Below are positions 13,894 through 27,899 of a stretch of 64,000 nucleotides of DNA, piece after piece. How positions within the stretch are numbered: position 1 is the stretch's first letter; the number at the start of each line of letters is the position of its first letter. This stretch comes from Octopus vulgaris (Eukaryota). The DNA lies in contig OX597826.1 of assembly GCA_951406725.2 (NCBI GenBank), positions 38,068,001 through 38,132,000 of the forward strand. Direction: 5' to 3'. Below the pieces are notes generated by a model. It did no database searches. It was not told where the DNA came from and saw only the letters and a program-made list of their open reading frames with translations. The position numbers were made by a program, and so were the translations under genes.

Positions 13894-14850
13894 GCATACA
13901 CATACATATACGTATCCATACAGACATGCATACATACCGACATATATATGCTATATATACATTATGTGCGTGTGTGTATGCGTGTGTGTATGTATGTATG
14001 TATGTATGTATGTATGTATGTATGTATGTACGTACGTATGTATGTATGTATGTATGTATGTATGTATGTATGTATGTATGTATGTATGTATGTATGCGTG
14101 CATGATTGTATGTACGCTAAAAATGACAAAATACGTAGAATATTCTTATATAGTCTCTTACCCGACTGAGTTTTACAGTCAAATCCTCCATTAAAAAAAC
14201 TAACTTCCATTTTTATCCAGGCAAATTACCACCATTTGTGTGAATTCCAAAATCTTTGAATCCTAATCCTAACCCCAACAATAAAGACGAAATCTCTGAA
14301 ATTAAAACATCAATGGAAAGATTCTTTGAAAACCACAATTATCAAAAATGTCATTTGCTCTCACCAAGTTGAATATCAGGGATCGCCATCGCAGATTTTC
14401 TCCTTCTCTCTTGTCCAATTCTTGTTTGTCCAATTCTTGATATTATTCCTCTACAGAATTCTTAGGTATTCCGCTTCCTCCATTTCCACACATTTTACTT
14501 TCTATTAACAGCGGAGTCTGTAAACCATTTTCTTCGCTTCTAATTGTTCCCTTTGTTCCAAACAATAAGTTTCCTCGAGAGGAAGTCAAGTAACTTCTGC
14601 AAAACTGTGTGTACCGAGAACGAACAAGCGTAGGGGTGGTGCGGAGAACAATAAGACAGAATACAGAAACTTAAAATACATATTCTTGGAATATATTGGT
14701 TCGCACCACTTATTATTATCTGTTATGTTTCGGATACACTTACTCACACATTTGGAAAGATTCAGTCACCAACACTCACCTTTAGTCTTTAACCCTCATG
14801 TATACTACACCACTTGTCTCTTCCCATCTCTCTCTCTCTCATTCTCTCAT

Positions 14851-14967
<117 letters not shown>

Positions 14968-15210
14968 TTCTATCTGCTAACCTGGAATGGAAACTTCATA
15001 TAACAGAATGAAATTGTAACATTATCACTAACTTCATAGTGATGATTAGCACGAGCGAAACTGGTTGACTATGTAAATATTCTATTCCCTAAAAATATTT
15101 ACATATATTGTCCAACGTAAAATTTCTGAGAATTTTCCTCATATTTTACACTACAATTCACCACGTGGAGGAGAAAAAGTTTTTTTTATATAACCTTTTC
15201 CCTCTCTCTC

Positions 15211-15288
<78 letters not shown>

Positions 15289-15664
15289 GTTGCTCTATAT
15301 AAAGACTACTTCAAATCACATCCTATTGATAGATAATTTCTGTCAGTGGGAGAATGTGGTCCTGGCTTTCGCTGCATATAGGCAAATAACAGGAGAATCT
15401 TTATTATTTTCTTCGACACTTTCAGCTTCTTCAGTTCTCTCATACTACGGTTCCTACCTTAAGGGGCGATATAATACTCTAAGAGCAAAATTTGATAAAA
15501 TGTAACATATTCAAAAATGTATCATACAATAAACCATCAGTATAATAAGAGTCATGACGTCATACAGGCCAGGCATCAGTGCCACAACACAATCTTTACT
15601 GCAAGAACTGAGGAATATTTCCACAAGGAATATATTGAGAAGTGGTTTCGTGTTGCTGTACAAG

Positions 15665-15853
15665 GACAGCAATTTCAGGTAAGGGTTTAATTCGATTACA
15701 TCGACCCCAGTTCTGGTACTTATTTTATCGACCCTTAGAAAATGATAGGCGAAGTCCACTTCGGAAGAATTTGAATTTAGGACGTAAAGATGGACGGGAT
15801 GCAGCTAAGCATTTTGGCCGGTAATCTAACGGTTCTTCCAGCTCACTGCCCTA
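15665..15853 (-). mobile_element. SINE family A, diverged
   Basis: TCGATTACATCGACCCCAG...CTGGTACTTATTTTATCGACCC. Confidence 0.8.
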
Positions 15854-16141
15854 AATGTATGAGATATTAATAAATTTTCAAGAAAGTTGTTTTATTTAGC
15901 TTCTTTTCAATATCCCCCCCAAAAAATGGAATCACAGAGAATTATTGCTTTACCAAATGTAGTTGCGTTGGTGGCAGGTTGAAAACGGCTAATTTCATAG
16001 ATTCTTCGATTTTATTGGTTTCTTAGTCATTGCTCTTCCGCTTTATTCTACTACTTCCACTAATACACTACTGCTACTAATACTATTACAGCTCCTGTCA
16101 TTTCTTTTGGCCGCTGTTACTACTACTACAACTACAACTAG

Positions 16142-16179
<38 letters not shown>

Positions 16180-16825
16180 ATGTTGCTGCTACTAACTTTA
16201 ATTGCCTCTATCCCAGCCACAGATTTACAAAAAAAAAATGAAATGCAAAAACAAAACAAACAAGCAAAATGGTACAGTCAGTTTGTATTTATAGAATGCA
16301 AAGAAAAAATGGTAAAAAAAGAAAAGAGATGTAAAAGAATTAATTCCAAATATTTGCCACTGATAACTAAATTGGTCTGGCACTAATGAACAGTCTCTTC
16401 TCATCTGAAAATAGATATTCAATATGATTTATTGAAAGAGAATCACAAGCGCCAACCGCTACAGAATAGTTTCTTTAGGAGATGCATAAGAAATAAATCC
16501 AAATTCCATCCCAAGCAAAATACTAATTCTATACAATTCCATAATAGAGTTTTGTCTTTTATGCTTTTATTATATTTATCATTTTTTTGTTTGTTGTTTT
16601 GGGGGTTCTTTTTCGTTTATTTTTCTTTCTTTTTTTCTTTCTTTTGTTATATATTACACTGAATTTTTATTTATGTCAAGGCTTGTTGTCCAATTATTGA
16701 ATATATTGTAATGGGTCTATTGAGAAAATTGGAAATTGAGTAAAAATCAAACAAAAATACAGTGAAAAATAAAATATCTAACTGACCCAAAACATACACA
16801 CATACACACGCATGTAGACACACAA

Positions 16826-16889
<64 letters not shown>

Positions 16890-17062
16890 TATACACATAT
16901 ATATACATGTATATTTACTTGTCTGGTATTAAATATATACATAAAGTATGAAATTATTGAGACTACACGCACTCACACACACTCATACCCACCATATATA
17001 TATATCAGTGTATGTATGTGTATATTTACGTATTTGCATGTATATATATATATACATGTATG

Positions 17063-17167
<105 letters not shown>

Positions 17168-17397
17168 GTATGTATATATATATATATATGTATATATGTA
17201 TATATACATATATACATACATACATGTATGCATTCATATAATATATATATATATATATACATACACACACACACACACATGTGTACGTGTACGTAAATGA
17301 TTGTGTGAGAAAGTCCGTACGTATATAAGTGATTTATACTGGTTTGACTAAGAATTGATTTAAAGTTCAATTTTATCAATATATATACTTAAAAATC

Positions 17398-17612
17398 GGT
17401 TTCAAATTTTGGCCCAAGGCCAGCAAATTCGGAGTGGAATTAAATCGATTACATCAACCCCAATGATCTCTTGGTCATTATTTTATCGATCCCGAAAGGA
17501 TGAAAATCAAACTCGACCTCGGCGGAATTTGAACTCAGAAGATAAAGACGGACGAAATGCCACTAAGCAGTTTGTCCGGCATGGTAAGAATTTTATCAAC
17601 TTGTCACCCTAA
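17398..17612 (-). mobile_element. SINE family A
   Basis: TCGACCTCGGCGGAATTTGAACTCAGAA, the family A signature in reverse orientation. Confidence 0.85.
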
Positions 17613-17792
17613 TATACACTTAAATATCAGAAACCAGAATATTTCTACAAAACTTTCCTTAAAACTGGTTTAGAAGTAAACAACATCGACGCTGTTAAAA
17701 TCCAATGGAATGGTCACTGCGACACCATCTTGTGTATATTTATGTCAGTTTTGGGGATTAAACAAGGAAACTCATTATTTCGAGACTTTGGA

Positions 17793-18178
17793 AGGAAGCA
17801 CTCCGTCGGTTGCGACGACGAGGGTTCCAGTTGATCCGAATCAACGGAACAGCCTGCTCGTGAAATTAACGTGTAAGTGGCTGAGCACTCCACAGACACG
17901 TGCACTCTTAACGTAGTTCTCGGGGATATTCAGCGTGACACAGAGAGTGACAAGGCTGGCCCTTTGAAATACAGGTACAACAGAAACAGGAAGTAAGAGT
18001 GAGAGAAAGTTGTGGTGAAAGAGTACAGCAGGGATCACCACCATCCCCTGCCGGAGCCTCGTGGAGCTTTAGGTGTTTTCGCTCAATAAACACTCACAAC
18101 GCCCGGTCTGGGAATCGAAACCGCGATCCTATGACCGCGAGTCTGCTGCCCTAACCACTGGGCCATTGCGCCTCCACC
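17793..18178 (-). mobile_element. tRNA-derived SINE, family C, near full length
   Basis: Minus-strand head with A box TGGCCCAGTGG and B box GGTTTCGATTCC. The 3' part also occurs at 62050-62163. Confidence 0.85.
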
Positions 18179-18277
18179 ATTTCGAGACTGAAATGTATTA
18201 AAATGTATTAAACGAACGATCAGAATATTAGGTCGTTGCAGAAATGTATGTACCTGCAATGGTTAACTGAAGCAGCA

Positions 18278-19470
18278 ATAACATAGCTGTATTATTGTCA
18301 CACTGCCTTCTGCGCATGCGTGCCTACAGTTGGTACTATTGTGGTCACGCGATCGAAGTTTGAGTCTGATCGCGCCATTTTTCATTCTGGCTTTGCAGTG
18401 TAGCAATGCGCAGCAAAGAAGAACAAAGAACAGTGATCCGATTTCTCTGGTCGGAAGGTGTGTCAGGTGTTGAAATTCATCAGAGGCAATTGATGAAGGG
18501 TTTCAACGGCCTGGGCGCCCGTTTGTGGGTGTGCATTGTCATACAACAACATAACTTTCTTCAATAATATGCTTCGGTATTTGGTACGAATTGCTGGCTT
18601 CAGTTTGTTCACCAGCAAAGAACTGTACCTTGCACTACTGATCGTACACCCCTTTTCCATGCCCTTTTGAGTTCCAAGAAAAGCATAGGCCCTTTTGAGT
18701 TAGCGTCATCTTTCCCACAGGAAACTGAGTCTTGAATTTCTTCGTCGCTGGCGAGCCAGGATGTTTCCATTCCATAATGTCTTTTGTATTTTGCCTCGTA
18801 ATGATGGACCCTTGTTTCATCCCCTGTGACTATTCTGCTCAAATTTCCTTGCCCTCATTGTTGTAGCGATCGAGTAAACGTTGGCAGACCTCAAAACGTG
18901 TGCGCTTGTACTCTGCAGTAAGCTCTCTTGGCACCCATCTTGCACAGACTTTATGGAAGCCGAGCTCATCGTGGATGATTTGATAGGCAGAACCATGACT
19001 AATCAGCAGAGAAAGAGCTACCTCATCGATGATAACTCGCCGGTTTGCTATTACTATGCCTCGATCTTGCTGAATCTTCTCGTCAGTGGTGGAGGTTGAC
19101 GAGCACCCTGTTCCCTCTCGTACGTCAAGCTTGTCTAGTCTCTTTTTAACTCTCCATCCACTCATACACACTTCTGCACGATAGTGCACTGTACTCCTAT
19201 TGTGCTAAAAGTCACCGATGAATTTCAGCACCTGACACACCTTCCGACCAGAGAGATCGGATCACTGCTCTTTGTTCTTCTTTGGTGAACATTGCTAGTA
19301 GAGCGGCCATGTTTACACTGCAAAACCAGAAAGAAAAATGGCGCGATCAGGCTCAAACTTCAATCATGACCACAAGAGTACCAACCACAAACATACATGT
19401 GGAGAAGGCAGTGTGACAATAATAAAGATATGTTATGGCGGAAGTGCGGATAATTTTTGACTTCTCCGTG
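18278..19470 (-). mobile_element. Decayed mariner DNA transposon, rearranged
   Basis: Frameshifted transposase fragments carry the mariner motifs EQRAVIR..EIHR, CARWVPREL, IVTGDET(W/R)VHHY and YDNAHP. A TIR-like end GAAGTCAAAAATTATCCGCAC lies on the minus strand at about 19445-19465. Confidence 0.9.
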
Positions 19471-19476
19471 TGTGTG

Positions 19477-19516
<40 letters not shown>

Positions 19517-19585
19517 GGAGTAAACACATAAATGTGAAACAAGGTGGAAAAAAGAGTACTCAAATACCAGTGGTAGAGTAATATG

Positions 19586-19743
19586 CTTTATTTTAAGCAG
19601 CAGAAAATTCAACAAAATCTGTTACTCTGAGTTTCTCGTTGCCGTTCATCAGACAGTTTTTGCTAGCAAAAACTGTCTGATGAACGGCAACGAGAAACTC
19701 AGAGTAACAGATTTTGTTGAATTTTCTGCTGCTTAAAATAAAG
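19586..19743. repeat. Perfect 158-bp palindrome (79-bp arms, no spacer) in a Penelope-like terminal fragment
   Basis: The arms are exact reverse complements around the centre TGCT|AGCA at 19664/19665. Confidence 0.95.
19673..19710 (+). ncRNA. Minimal type I hammerhead motif (mirror copy on minus strand at 19619-19656)
   Basis: CTGT-CTGATGA-ACG GCAA CGA-GAAA-CTC A GAG-TA-ACAG. Stem I CTGT/ACAG, GUA triplet; the closing pair of stem II is an A-A mismatch. Confidence 0.75.
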
Positions 19744-20311
19744 TATATATATATATATATATTCCTAGTCTTTCTCACTCTTGTATTCCTAGCCTTTCTC
19801 CTTCCCCTTCATCCAATTTCCTTCACTTTTCTCTGTCACTCCCTCCCTCTGCTGTCTTTCTCCTCTGCCTATTGCTGTCATGTGACCAGCGGCCAGTTCC
19901 TCTTTTTCTTCCTTTCTTAGACTGGTTCCTTTACTAACCAGTCGCAAGTTCTCTCTCTCCGTTCTCCATGGTTCAAAACATTTCCTAACCGTTACCCACT
20001 ATTCTCGCCTTCTTGGCCCCATGCCCGTTTCTTGTTCAACTGTTTGTCCTCGTCCGCCGTCCTAAATCACATTCTGCGTCGTTTTGCTTGTCTTGCTTCG
20101 TTTTGTTTGCTCTTGTCCCTAAATCTACGCAAGAAAGCCGTTTTTATCGTTAAATGTGCAAAACTGAAAAGAACCATTGGTCGATAATTGATGAAGAATT
20201 ATCGACTTTCTGTTTGTCTCACGTTTATTTTTACATTCAGTATACGTTATGCCGTTTGTTTATATATATATTTTTTCATTTATCAAGTAATGGAACGCAA
20301 CACACCGAATT

Positions 20312-20361
<50 letters not shown>

Positions 20362-20364
20362 TGT

Positions 20365-20402
<38 letters not shown>

Positions 20403-20406
<4 letters not shown>

Positions 20407-20612
20407 CCGCGTGCGTACCGTTGGCGATTTTTTTCCTCCGTCTTCCTTTCTCTGGATCTTTCCTTTTCCTATGTTTCCGACGAAGAGCTCCGCTCGAAAC
20501 GTTAAGCCCTCCTTCTTCCCTTCCTTCCTGAGCGTGCAATAATACTATATTTGTTCCACGTCCTCGCGTTGTTGTGTTTTCTCTTTGTCTTTTCATGTTT
20601 GGATTAACTTTA
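20403..20612 (+). mobile_element. Penelope-like pLTR fragment with a mutated minimal hammerhead (20473-20507)
   Basis: CCGACGA-A-GAGC TCC GCTC-GAAACGTT; core U4 is changed to C. Related to 45747-45780. Confidence 0.6.
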
Positions 20613-20644
20613 TATATATATATATATATATATACATGTGCGTG

Positions 20645-20709
<65 letters not shown>

Positions 20710-22297
20710 TTCTGTGCGTGTGTGTGTTTCTGTGCTGTAATGAACAATTACTATGTTTTTAGTTTTAACTTTTTTTTTTACAATCCCTGATTTGTTTGAA
20801 ACAACAGCTTCTACATCCATCCTAATCATCACCCAACTTTCCTAGACTTTCGCAGCCTCGTCATCAGCATGTAAAGAGCAAATAACTGAGAAACTACTAG
20901 GCAAATGGAATCTTCTATACAATTAATTATCAGAAATTGTTACTAAGTTTACATATTTGTCAGCACTTAAAATTTGAGCTTAAGACGTATGCATCACGAG
21001 TCATAAAACATCTTGTTTGTGTGTTTATTTTAGCATCGTGTTGTGTTATGATTAATGCATCTATTATTAATCACTTATCAATGATCGTCTACCATTAATC
21101 ATCTAGTTTTTATTATGAACTGACACAAATAACATAATACAAAAGCGCTAAAATAGAACACGAAAGAACAAAGTGGATTAAAAATTCGAGTGTAGAAGTG
21201 AAAGTTTTAAACTTTATGACCTCCGCTCCTGTACAACATTCTCCTGTAGATTCGCAATGCACTTAAAACTATAAGTAATAATAACACGTTACGCAGAATA
21301 ACATAAAATAAAAACAGACAGAAAAATTAGTGGACAACATATCCATTCTGTATGATTTGCTTAATCTTTAAAGCGTCAGACAAAATGCATATTTTTTTTT
21401 TATTCCAGCTCTTCACGATCTGAGTTCAAATTACACTAAAACCAAATTTGCGTTTATCCTTCCAAGGTCGATATATTAAAGAACCAGTCGAAGACTGGTC
21501 TCCATGTTATCGATTAACCTTTTCGCTTCTCTAAACATGTGGCTTTGTGCCTGTATTATAAAAGATTACTACGATATACAGAAAAAGGAGAAAGGCAATT
21601 GGGTTTGACTAAGGCAGATAGTCTCAGCAAGTGTACAATTAATTTTTTATATAAGAACAAAATCGTTTTCGTTTGCATGACAATCAAACTGATGAACTGA
21701 CACAAAACGAGGCTTTTAAACACACAGAGTTAGAAAAACGTTAAAGAGGCGAATCGCAGAAAGGTTAAAAAGCAAGAAGAGTGCAGGATAATTGTTAAAA
21801 CGAAAGCAACATAATGAGGCAATGAAGACATTACGTGTGAAAAAAGGGAGAATTTAGGTTGTGGTGACAATAATAGACCTAAAATTGTTGAATTATTAAA
21901 TTTTTGGAATTCCGCTACCCATTACCGGAAGTCATAGTCCTTTGGTAATTCTGTGGAGAAATATTGCACGAATTATATAAAATCTGAAATTTTGAAATTG
22001 CTTTAAATGGTTTTCGTGACTGTCTCTGAAATAATATTGAATTGAAAGATCTTTCTGCTGCAGGAAGAATAAGGAATGCTAAACAAATTATGATCTCGTT
22101 TGTAATAAGTTTGTATCGAAAAAGAAAGACTTTTCTTTTGTAATGATAAACGTTAAAAAGAAACAGCAAGCTTAACAACCAAACACATATCATGCTTTAC
22201 AAAGGGAATTTTATCGTGGAAGCTGTTAATGTGGATCGATCTATACGTCAAATCATGAAAGGATTTATCAGCAAAATGAACAGATGCCACACATGCC

Positions 22298-22668
<371 letters not shown>

Positions 22669-22713
22669 TTCTTTAAATAAACAGAAAACAAGTTGTTGGT
22701 ATTTTGCACATTT

Positions 22714-22766
22714 CATTACGCACGTTTCAATAATCAGTCAATCACGATAGCACATTTCGTCAGATA
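22714..22766 (-). ncRNA. Type I hammerhead-like motif
   Basis: Minus strand: TAT-CTGACGA-AATG..N20..TATT-GAAA-CG TG CG-TA-ATG. Stem I is short. Confidence 0.55.
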
Positions 22767-22896
22767 GAGTATATCGAGTTATAAAACCGATTCAAACTTA
22801 TATAACAAAAATCATGCTCATACCAAGTAGGATATCTATGGTTGTTGGTCGAGTACTTTAGAGACTGAAAATGGAATATGCGAGAAACTTTATTAC

Positions 22897-22991
22897 TCAC
22901 AACGATCGTTTCGACCCATCCTGCATCGATCCCTCAGCGGGTGGGATACTGTACAACTGGTCCCTCGGTGTAAAAGTGTCTCGTCGGGTGA
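22897..22991 (-). ncRNA. Type I hammerhead-like motif with a long stem II insert and mutated core
   Basis: Minus strand: TCAC-CCGACGA-GAC..about 60 nt..GTC-GAAA-CG AT CG-TT-GTGA. Confidence 0.55.
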
Positions 22992-23718
22992 CTGCATCCA
23001 GCGACAATTGTAAAACTACCGTGGATGACGTCAGGTTGCCATAGGCAGTAAACATTCTTCACAGGCTCACTACTAGGTACAAACCCAATGCTTAAATAAA
23101 TATATGTATGTATACATGTCCATACAAATAATTCTGGCCTTAGACGAAGCATAGTAATTATTCACACACATGCACACTTGATCTTTTATGATTCTTAGCT
23201 AAAAATATCACATTTATTAAAAACATCTGGAGTACAGAAAAGGATACATAGAGGAAGATTAATATTTTGAAAGAGATGTATAAAAGAGAATTATTTGTAT
23301 GGACATGTATACATACATGTATTTATCTATAACGAAGTTGACCATTAAAGGCTGTACTCCACTGTGGCCATAGTCAAATGACTGAAGGATATAAAAGAAT
23401 AAAAGAAAGAATACGACACTAAAATATCAGGAACCTAAAGCAACTGTGATGCTGTAGCGTGGGCGAGGAGAGGCAGGCGGAAAGAATATAATGTTATAGC
23501 ACTGTCATCAACCTTAGTATCTCTGGGGCAAAAAATAGAATTGCTAAAAACCACATTGGAATATATTAGCCAGTGTAGTTAAATCCAAATATTATTGGAA
23601 AGAAAAACAGTTGAAGATACAAGAGGTACAATGTAGAATGTGTGTATGTGTCTACCTATATATGGATATATGTCAGTATATATATATATATGTGTGTGTG
23701 TGTATATATATATATATA

Positions 23719-23765
<47 letters not shown>

Positions 23766-23779
23766 GTATGCGTGTGTTT

Positions 23780-23985
23780 GTGTGTCTGTGTTTGTCCCCC
23801 TAGCATTGCTTGATAACCGATGCTGGTGTGTTTACGTCCCCGTCACTTAGCGGTTCGGCAAAAGAGACCGATAGAATAAGTACTGGGCTTACAAAGAATA
23901 AGTCCTGGAGTCGATTTGCTCGACTAAAGGCGGTGCTCCAGCATGGCCGCAGTCAAATGACTGAAACAAGTAAAAGAGTAAAAGA
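23780..23985 (+). mobile_element. SINE family B, 3' half
   Basis: Matches 49660-49863. Confidence 0.85.
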
Positions 23986-24071
23986 CATATATATACATAT
24001 GTGTGTGTGTATGTATATATATATCATAGGTGTGTATATGTGTGCGTGAATATATGTATTTACCGCATGTG

Positions 24072-24114
<43 letters not shown>

Positions 24115-24540
24115 TGGTATGCATATATTTATGTGACTGGTTCAACATAAATGGCACGGTGTAATATGCTAAATGTGAACACTCCAGTCGGTGAAGTCTG
24201 ACAAGAATACAAATAAAATTACTGGGAATTCTTTTGTGTCACAATAATGAACCATTTATTTTTTATTTTTCAGCATTGGTAAAAATAAAAACATAATTAA
24301 TTTCAGACAGATTTATGGATGTTGATTTGTCTTTTGTGATTATTGTTTAATTCTATTCTTTTAGCAACGAAGCTGACATAGATTTTTTTCAATTTTACGC
24401 TCATTTCTTATTCTTCCGGAAAGAAATAGGTTGGATAGGTTTACAAAGTAATAAAATTTTTTTTGTGGATGTGATTATAAATGTATGTTACTGACACACT
24501 TCTACATAGAAACTCTTTAGTTCACAATTATTGACCGATT

Positions 24541-24697
24541 TAAAGGAGCGATCTGCCAGAATCGTTAACAAGCTGGGCAAAATGCTTGTCGGCATTTCAT
24601 CAGTCTTTACGTTCTGAGTTCAAACTCTACCGAGGCTGACTCTCACCCTTTCCGATAAAATAAGTACCAGTAGGACACTGGGGTCGGTATAAACGAC
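24541..24697 (+). mobile_element. SINE family A, diverged
   Basis: CTTTACGTTCTGAGTTCAAACTCTACCGAGG...ATAAGTACCAG. Confidence 0.8.
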
Positions 24698-25199
24698 CCT
24701 ATATTGTATAAGATGCTAAAATTATTAGAATCCTTTGAGAAAAAAAAACTATCTAAAAGTATACCTATATATTTCAAACCACGAGTAGGATTAAGGATGT
24801 TCAATAGTTCAGTATTAGAAGATTCTATTCTCCCTACCCCATCAGCTTTGGCCTACTAATTTTAGCTGAAATACATTCAACTGTACCAGAAGTTCTTCAA
24901 AGAGAGCTTGATTTATGACTCTGCCACTTAAACTGTCTCTTCCTCTAACTATAAAAGATACATTCTTAGTATTGTCTCCACTAGACTTAATAGAATAATA
25001 TTAAACCCCACCCCAATAGTAAATCTGAACAAAAATGTAAATTCAGTCATAAGTAGTATATCCATGAATAAATATTATTTACTACCATGTTTCGGTTGAT
25101 GAGACTGGTCTCTCTGTCTATCTACTTACCCTCTTTGTGATGTTGGTAAATGTAATAAGTTTAAAAATGAATCTTTTCAATTTAGCTAAAAAATTCCAT

Positions 25200-25289
25200 A
25201 TGCAGCTGATGATTTCTCTACATTTTAAAACTGATGTAATACTTGCATTGTTTAATTAGATGAAGTCGCATGAAACGATCGTACTGCAT
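25200..25289 (+). ncRNA. Type I hammerhead-like motif with a long stem II region
   Basis: Stem I ATGCAG/CTGCAT (6 bp), CTGATGA, about 60 nt, GAAA, stem III ACG AT CGT, GUA triplet. The base of stem II is poorly paired. Confidence 0.65.
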
Positions 25290-25321
25290 TACCTTTGGAT
25301 ATCCGTGTTGCTTATTTTGAT

Positions 25322-25335
<14 letters not shown>

Positions 25336-25403
<68 letters not shown>

Positions 25404-25488
25404 TGTGTGTGTCTGTGTGTCTGTGTGTGTGTGTATGTGTGTGTGTGTGTGTGTGTCTGTGTGTGTCTGTGTGTGTCTGTGTGTCTGT

Positions 25489-25531
<43 letters not shown>

Positions 25532-25560
25532 TGTGTGTGTCTGTGTGTCTGTGTGTGTGT
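25336..25560. repeat. (GT)n/(GTGTCT) microsatellite
   Basis: Direct reading. Confidence 0.95.
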
Positions 25561-26785
25561 ACCGAATGTAGGAAGTTCGACAATGCATTGCAATTAATTT
25601 CAGTTCTTCATAATTCTTAGGCGTCCAAACTTAGCATTTTCGCAATTGTTGCATTTACCGAACATTCTCCACTTAATAATCATTAATCCAAAGATAAAAC
25701 GTGTGAAGAAATGTACTTAATACAGTTTAGTTGCAGCAGAAGGAAACAAAAATTCCTGAGCGTAAATGAATTTCTATGGATTACTAAGAATGGTTCTTAA
25801 CTTTATTAGTTTAATTCTTTAACACTTCTAAGTCTCAGCAGAGAAGAAAGCAACGCAACAAATGGAGGAGGAGAAGGCTCGATACGTTTTTGTTTTGTTT
25901 TTGTTTTTGTTATTTTCAGTCTACCGTGTTTTTTCTCTTTTTTTGGGTACTAAAACATGTGAAAATAGAAAATAAAAGAAACAAACCATCGGAATATAAG
26001 AACAATTACCAAACTATGTCAAAATTTAATATTACATGGTCTTGGTGGGGCTGGTGGTGGTGTTGGTGGTGGTGGGCGTTGGTGATGGTAATGGTGGTGG
26101 CGGTGGTAGTGGTGGTGGTGGTGGTGGTGGTGGTGGTGGTAGTGGTGGTATATATAAATATCCTGCAGAGTGGGTTGTTCGTCGAGGAAGCGGGGGCCTA
26201 CCACACGTTGATGATAGGCAATACACCTTGAAACCTAGGTCCGTGTGTGGTTTCCGCTTCATCGGGGAATTATCTCCCTTTGCAGGATAAAGGACACCGT
26301 GATGGTGTCAAGCCTATCTGGCGACGTTGATGTTCGCCTGGGGCTAAATGCAACAGTAACACCCCCACCACCCTGCCCTGTCCCTAGCCATATTCAGATG
26401 GCTTTAGTCCCTTATGGTATATATATATATATATATATATTCTTTATATATATATAGATACAATGACAATGTCGAACATTGAGAATGAGCACTCAATACT
26501 ACATTGGTGGATAAATATAGTTCTCTTTGCTGATCTTGTCATAATCTTAATTCGCAATTTTCTAATGCTACACATATAAAATGGTGATAAGACTGTTTCC
26601 ATTTTGGATTTGGATTTATATATATGTTAATACAATAGAAACAATTGTCGTTGAGGATTCGATAGTTTGAACAGCTGAATTACCTGCTCCTGAATAAACG
26701 TTTAAGTGGCTGATTGTTCCACGGACACGTGTGCATTGAGAGAGACACAAACGGAAGAATGTTGTGCGCGTGTGTGTGTGTAGAT

Positions 26786-27000
26786 ACTGGTTTCAAATTT
26801 TGGCACAAGGCCAACGTTTTCAGGGAAGTGGATAAGTCGATTACATCGACCCCAGTGTTTAACTGGTACGTATTTTATCGATCCCAAAAGGATGAACGGC
26901 AAGGTCGATACCGTTAGAATTTGAACTCAGAACGTAAAGTCATAACAAATGCTGATAAGCACTTTGTCTGATGCACTGACGATTCTAGAAGCTAATCGCT
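26786..27000 (-). mobile_element. SINE family A
   Basis: AAGTCGATTACATCGACCCCAGTG...GAATTTGAACTCAGAACGTAAAG. Confidence 0.85.
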
Positions 27001-27899
27001 GTATGTCATGATATTCGTTATTAATTCTGAAAGGCTTTCCAAATTCTTCTAGAAACCTCGAAGGCACCAAATATAACTGCCTTTGGCACAGTGGGAACCT
27101 ATACTGACAAAGAAGCCTAAAACTACAGACTCTGGTATAGCTCTATCATTGATTTACTTTAACAAACGAATATTAATATTCTGGAGAAGTTCTCAAAGAT
27201 GGCTTCTTAGTACTTAAAAGATATTTGTGTTAATTCGTTAATTAATCTTGTTAATCCGGTCTTGACAAACCTTAATATGAGAAAATACTTTACAATGAAC
27301 AGTTCTTCGATATAACTGATTTATTACGATGTGATATTAGCACTTGCTGGATGTATAGAGACAGGGAGAGGGGGAAGATGGAGGAGAAGGAGGAGGTGGT
27401 GGGGGTATTGGTGGTGGGGATAGAAAATGGAGAAGGATGGGGAATGAAAGTCAGTGGGAGAATGCAAGAAAAGATGGGGAAGAATGATCGCAGAAAGAAT
27501 CAATGGTTAGGTGAGTGATGAGTGATAATTTATGATTGACAGACAGAAATGGTGGTCTGATGGAACAGCAAATGTGTTTGGCATCAGCTTTTAATGAAGA
27601 AAGCTTTACTTGTGGTTGTTGTGATTATTAGACAAGAGGAAATAGAAATAATGGAGAGAAATGGAGGAAATGTGGGGAGACAGAAAGAGGGGAAGAGAGA
27701 AAGGGGGAGAAAATAGAAAATTGTAGAAATATTGTAAAAAAATAGTGTAAATAAGTAAATATAATGGAATATATTTGTGGTAGTAGACATTAAATTATGA
27801 ATAATATCATCATCACCATCCGCCTCCTCCTCCTCCTCCTCATCATCATCATCATCATCATGTTAATGATGTTGGGGACGAACTATTGTCACACAGATT

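Noticed and set aside
18105-18178. tRNA gene
   Set aside because: The A/B boxes continue into a multi-copy SINE body, so this is a SINE head.
20840-20872. Minus-strand CTGATGA...GAAA
   Set aside because: No stem II or stem III pairing.
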